From a bacterium (GTDB lineage Bacteria; Sysuimicrobiota; Sysuimicrobiia; Sysuimicrobiales; Humicultoraceae): 19,459 nt of DNA. The notes beneath the pieces are model-generated. The model was not told where the DNA came from, ran no database searches, and saw only the letters and a program-made list of their open reading frames with translations. Location: contig JBGQGY010000071.1 in assembly GCA_041497675.1 (NCBI GenBank), forward strand, positions 1-19,459, written 5' to 3'. Below, in pieces: positions 16,659 to 19,459 of this stretch. Position numbers and translations under genes: made by a program. Position 1 is the stretch's first letter. The number at the start of each line of letters is the position of its first letter.

Positions 16659-17276
16659 TTACCGCTTGGAGGCTTTCGAGTATCGCGCGCCGACCTCGGC
16701 CCAGTTGACCACGTTCCACCAGGCGGCCAGATAGTCGGGGCGCTTGTTCTGGTACTTCAGGTAGTAGGCGTGTTCCCAGACGTCCACGCCGAGAATCGGG
16801 ACCTGCCCATCCATGAGCGGGCAGTCCTGATTGGCGGTGCTGGTGACGGCCAGTTTGCCGTCCTTCCCCAGTACCATCCAGGCCCATCCGCTGCCGAAGC
16901 GGCCGGCCCCAGCGGCATTGATCGCTTCTTTCAGCTTGTCGACCGACACGAAGATGGCATTGATGGCCGCCGCCAGGTCGCCGCCCGGCGCGCTGGGACC
17001 GCCCGGCTTCATGATGTCCCAGAACATGGTGTGGTTGTAGTGGCCGCCGCCGTTGTTGCGGACGGCGGTGCGGATGTTTTCCGGCACGGCGTTCAAATCT
17101 CGCAGCAACTCGTGAATGGCCTTCGACTGCAGGGCCGGCGCGCTCTCGAGCGCCTTGTTTGCGTTGGTCACGTAGGCGCCGTGGTGTCGGTCGTGGTGGA
17201 TGCGCATCGTCATCTCATCGATGTGGGGCTCGAGCGCATTGTACGCGTAAGGCAACGGCGGCAGTTCAAACGGCAT
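16659..17276 (-). CDS. sodA: Superoxide dismutase, probably Mn-type
   Basis: LEPHID..TM.IHH..HH, NNGGGH.NH, FGSGWAW, TANQD and DVWEHAYY motifs; GGAGGAG RBS. Confidence 0.97.
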   Translation of the reverse strand: MPFELPPLPYAYNALEPHIDEMTMRIHHDRHHGAYVTNANKALESAPALQSKAIHELLRDLNAVPENIRTAVRNNGGGHYNHTMFWDIMKPGGPSAPGGDLAAAINAIFVSVDKLKEAINAAGAGRFGSGWAWMVLGKDGKLAVTSTANQDCPLMDGQVPILGVDVWEHAYYLKYQNKRPDYLAAWWNVVNWAEVGARYSKASKR

Positions 17277-17344
17277 GGATGCTCTCCTCCTGAAACTTGG
17301 GGTCTTTAGGACTCTTCGAGACTAAACCCCGCTGTCCCTGCCAA

Positions 17345-17353
17345 TGTTACAAT
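17345..17353 (+). promoter_or_regulatory. Extended -10 element (TGtTACAAT) for the ECF operon
   Basis: Lies 10 bp upstream of the ATG at 17364; no Shine-Dalgarno sequence is visible. Confidence 0.5.
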
Positions 17354-17363
17354 ATCAGAAGCC

Positions 17364-17924
17364 ATGGGTATGGATGCTGAGGACGGCCGGCTTCTCGAGG
17401 CCTTCCGGCGCGGTGAGGAGAGCGCCTTTACGGCGCTCGTCATCAAATACCGCGAGGGCATCTATCGTGTCGCGCGCCGCATGCTCAGCAACCACGAAGA
17501 CGCGGCGGACGCCACGCAAGAAGTCCTGATCCGCGCCTACCGGGCCCTGCACCGGTTTGACGGACGATCGCAGCTCTACACGTGGCTGTACCGCATCACC
17601 GTCAACCTCTGTCTCGATGCCCGCAGCCGGCTCGCACGGGTCACCCTGGTCGACGGCGAAGAAGCCCTCAAAGACGTCGCCGCGGGACCGGGGATCGAGG
17701 ACGAAGCCGAACATCACGAAACCGGCCGGCTCGTGGCTGACGCGGTCGCGGGGCTGCCGCCGCGGCAGCGCGCCATGGTCGTGCTGAGGCTCTATCAGGA
17801 TCTGCCGTATCGGGAGATCGCTCGGATCATGGGCTGTACGGAGGGCACGGTCAAAGCCACCATGTTTGCCGCGGTGCGAAAACTGCGCCAGACCCTGACA
17901 GCGAAGGGGGTCCGGGCGCCATGA
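17364..17924 (+). CDS. ECF sigma-70 factor
   Basis: DAADATQE, TWLYRITVNLCLD (region 2) and LPPRQR...Y.EIA.IMG...GTVK (region 4) motifs. Confidence 0.95.
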   Translation: MGMDAEDGRLLEAFRRGEESAFTALVIKYREGIYRVARRMLSNHEDAADATQEVLIRAYRALHRFDGRSQLYTWLYRITVNLCLDARSRLARVTLVDGEEALKDVAAGPGIEDEAEHHETGRLVADAVAGLPPRQRAMVVLRLYQDLPYREIARIMGCTEGTVKATMFAAVRKLRQTLTAKGVRAP

Positions 17925-18412
17925 CCATCCGTTGCGAGGAGGCGCTCCAGCGCCTGGTCGAGGGACTCACCGGGTCGGTCACGCCCGCCGATCGCGAGGC
18001 CGTCGTCTCGCATCTGGCGACCTGCACCCGATGCCGCGATGAAGCCGCGCACCTCGAAGACGTGACCGGGCACCTGCGCGAGGCCGGCCGATTCAGCGCT
18101 CCGCCGGGGTTCTGGCCCGAGTTTATGAGCCGTCTGGAGACGCGGGTCGCCGAAGAGCGTCTTCCGCTTTCGGTACGCATCGGACGCTGGCTCGCGCCGC
18201 CGCGCTTTGCGATGGCCACAGCAGTTGCCACCGTTGCCACAGTCCTGCTCCTCACGACGGCCGTTCGCCACACCTCTCAACCGGCCGCCGAGCCTGATCC
18301 TCTGGCCGGCGCCCGGGGGATCGTGACTGAGACGATGACCACCACCCTCCCGTCGCTCGGCGAGATGCTCGACGTCTGGCGGGCGGGCATGACGGCAGAT
18401 GGTCCGCGCTGA
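17921..18412 (+). CDS. Zinc-finger (zf-HC2) anti-sigma factor with transmembrane helix
   Basis: HxxxCxxC (HLATCTRC), hydrophobic segment, ATGA overlap with the sigma gene. Confidence 0.88.
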   Translation: MTIRCEEALQRLVEGLTGSVTPADREAVVSHLATCTRCRDEAAHLEDVTGHLREAGRFSAPPGFWPEFMSRLETRVAEERLPLSVRIGRWLAPPRFAMATAVATVATVLLLTTAVRHTSQPAAEPDPLAGARGIVTETMTTTLPSLGEMLDVWRAGMTADGPR

Positions 18413-18905
18413 CGCCGTGCGACGGTTCATCCCCGTCGCGCTCATCGTGATGGTGGCGCTCGCGATACCGGCGGTGGGTCAGGAGATCCATCCCACCCCA
18501 CGGGGCGAGCGGATCATCGAGGCGCTGTTGATCTGGCGCCTGGTTGATGAGCTCGACCTCACCGACGCGCAGATCGCCCGCACCTTTCCGAGGATCAAGG
18601 CGTTGAAGGACATCCGGCTGGAAATGGGCCGCCGGGTCCCGCCGCTGCTGCGCGAGATCCGCGTGATGACGCGTCAGGTACCACGCGATGATGAGGCGAT
18701 CCGCATCAAGGTGACCGAACTCAACCAGTTGCGGGTCGATATGGAAACACGGCGCCGGCGGCAGCTGCAGGGGATCGCGACGGTGCTGACGCCTGAACAA
18801 CTCGGCAAATTCGCGCTGATCCAAGAGACCTTTGAAATCGAGACCCTGCGCCTGCTCCAGGAGGCGCGGAGGGTTGCGGAAGAGCAGCTGCCTCCCAGGC
18901 GATAG
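18399..18905 (+). CDS. Secreted Spy/CpxP/ZraP-like helical protein
   Basis: Signal peptide, ELDLTDAQ and VLTPEQ (LTxxQ) motifs. Confidence 0.75.
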   Translation: MVRADAVRRFIPVALIVMVALAIPAVGQEIHPTPRGERIIEALLIWRLVDELDLTDAQIARTFPRIKALKDIRLEMGRRVPPLLREIRVMTRQVPRDDEAIRIKVTELNQLRVDMETRRRRQLQGIATVLTPEQLGKFALIQETFEIETLRLLQEARRVAEEQLPPRR

Positions 18906-18953
18906 CCTTTGGGCACAGGAGACCGCGACCTTCGCGGTGTAACCCTGTGCCCG

Positions 18954-19459
18954 ATGGAGCGGATCGCGTCGCGCATCGCCACTCAGAGCGAAGAATTCCA
19001 GGCTAACCAGCGCCACCACGAAGCGCTGGTGGCCGAGCTACACAGGCGGCTCCAACAGGTTCGGGCGGGTGGCGGCGAGCCGGCGATGCAGCGTCATCGT
19101 TCGCTGGGGAAGATGACCGCGCGCGAGCGGATCGACGCGCTCCTCGATCCCGGTTCGCCGTTCCTCGAACTGTCGCCGCTCGCCGCATGGGACATGTACG
19201 ACGGCGAGGCCCCGGCCGCGGGGATCATGACGGGTGTCGGGCGCGTCAGTGGGCTCGAGACGATCATCGTCGCCAATGACGCGACGGTGAAGGGCGGCAC
19301 GTACTATCCCATCACGGTCAAGAAACACCTCCGCGCGCAGGACGTAGCACTGGCCAACCGGCTGCCCTGCATCTACCTCGTCGATTCAGGCGGCGCGTTT
19401 CTGCCTCTCCAAGACCAGGTCTTCCCCGACCGCGACAACTTCGGCCGGATCTTCTACAA
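18954..19459 (+). CDS. Methylcrotonyl-CoA carboxylase beta subunit / carboxyltransferase (3'-truncated by window)
   Basis: Manual translation: MERIASRI...[27 protein letters not shown]...[24 protein letters not shown]...[25 protein letters not shown]. Not in the ORF track. Confidence 0.92.
   Translation, partial: MERIASRIATQSEEFQANQRHHEALVAELHRRLQQVRAGGGEPAMQRHRSLGKMTARERIDALLDPGSPFLELSPLAAWDMYDGEAPAAGIMTGVGRVSGLETIIVANDATVKGGTYYPITVKKHLRAQDVALANRLPCIYLVDSGGAFLPLQDQVFPDRDNFGRIFY

Noticed and set aside
17299..17340. yybP-ykoY manganese riboswitch upstream of sodA
   Set aside because: Only a superficial GGGG..TAG/AGACC resemblance; too short for the four-way junction.
1..19459. Many long alternative-frame or antisense ORFs (e.g. 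818-1888, 964-2205, 4520-5428, 13433-15193)
   Set aside because: Arg/Pro/Gly-rich shadow frames of recognisable genes, expected in high-GC DNA.
1..19459. CRISPR array, rRNA or tandem repeat arrays
   Set aside because: No regularly spaced repeats or rRNA-like sequence seen.

Overview
High-GC bacterial chromosomal window, mostly housekeeping. The left end (1-~820) is the edge of a minus-strand integron-type cassette array. It holds one complete cassette (SnoaL/NTF2-like gene plus a 56-bp attC), a half recombination site and a DUF1801-like gene fragment; no integrase is in the window. The rest, in order: a solitary amt gene; a T-box-controlled Thermus/archaeal-type proS with a DEDDh exonuclease; a CopC-CopD fusion; a YbaK-family deacylase; an M28 peptidase; a MarR gene with a hypothetical gene; an FMN-riboswitch rib operon followed closely by two amidohydrolases; a ferritin/DPSL-like gene convergent with Mn-SOD; an ECF sigma/anti-sigma/Spy-CpxP-like trio; and the start of a methylcrotonyl-CoA carboxylase beta gene. 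The most unusual element is the proS T-box. It appears to have the ultra-short Stem I described for actinobacterial ileS translational T-boxes, but with a Pro (CCC) specifier and a transcription terminator. All calls come from motif recognition by eye; no searches were run.
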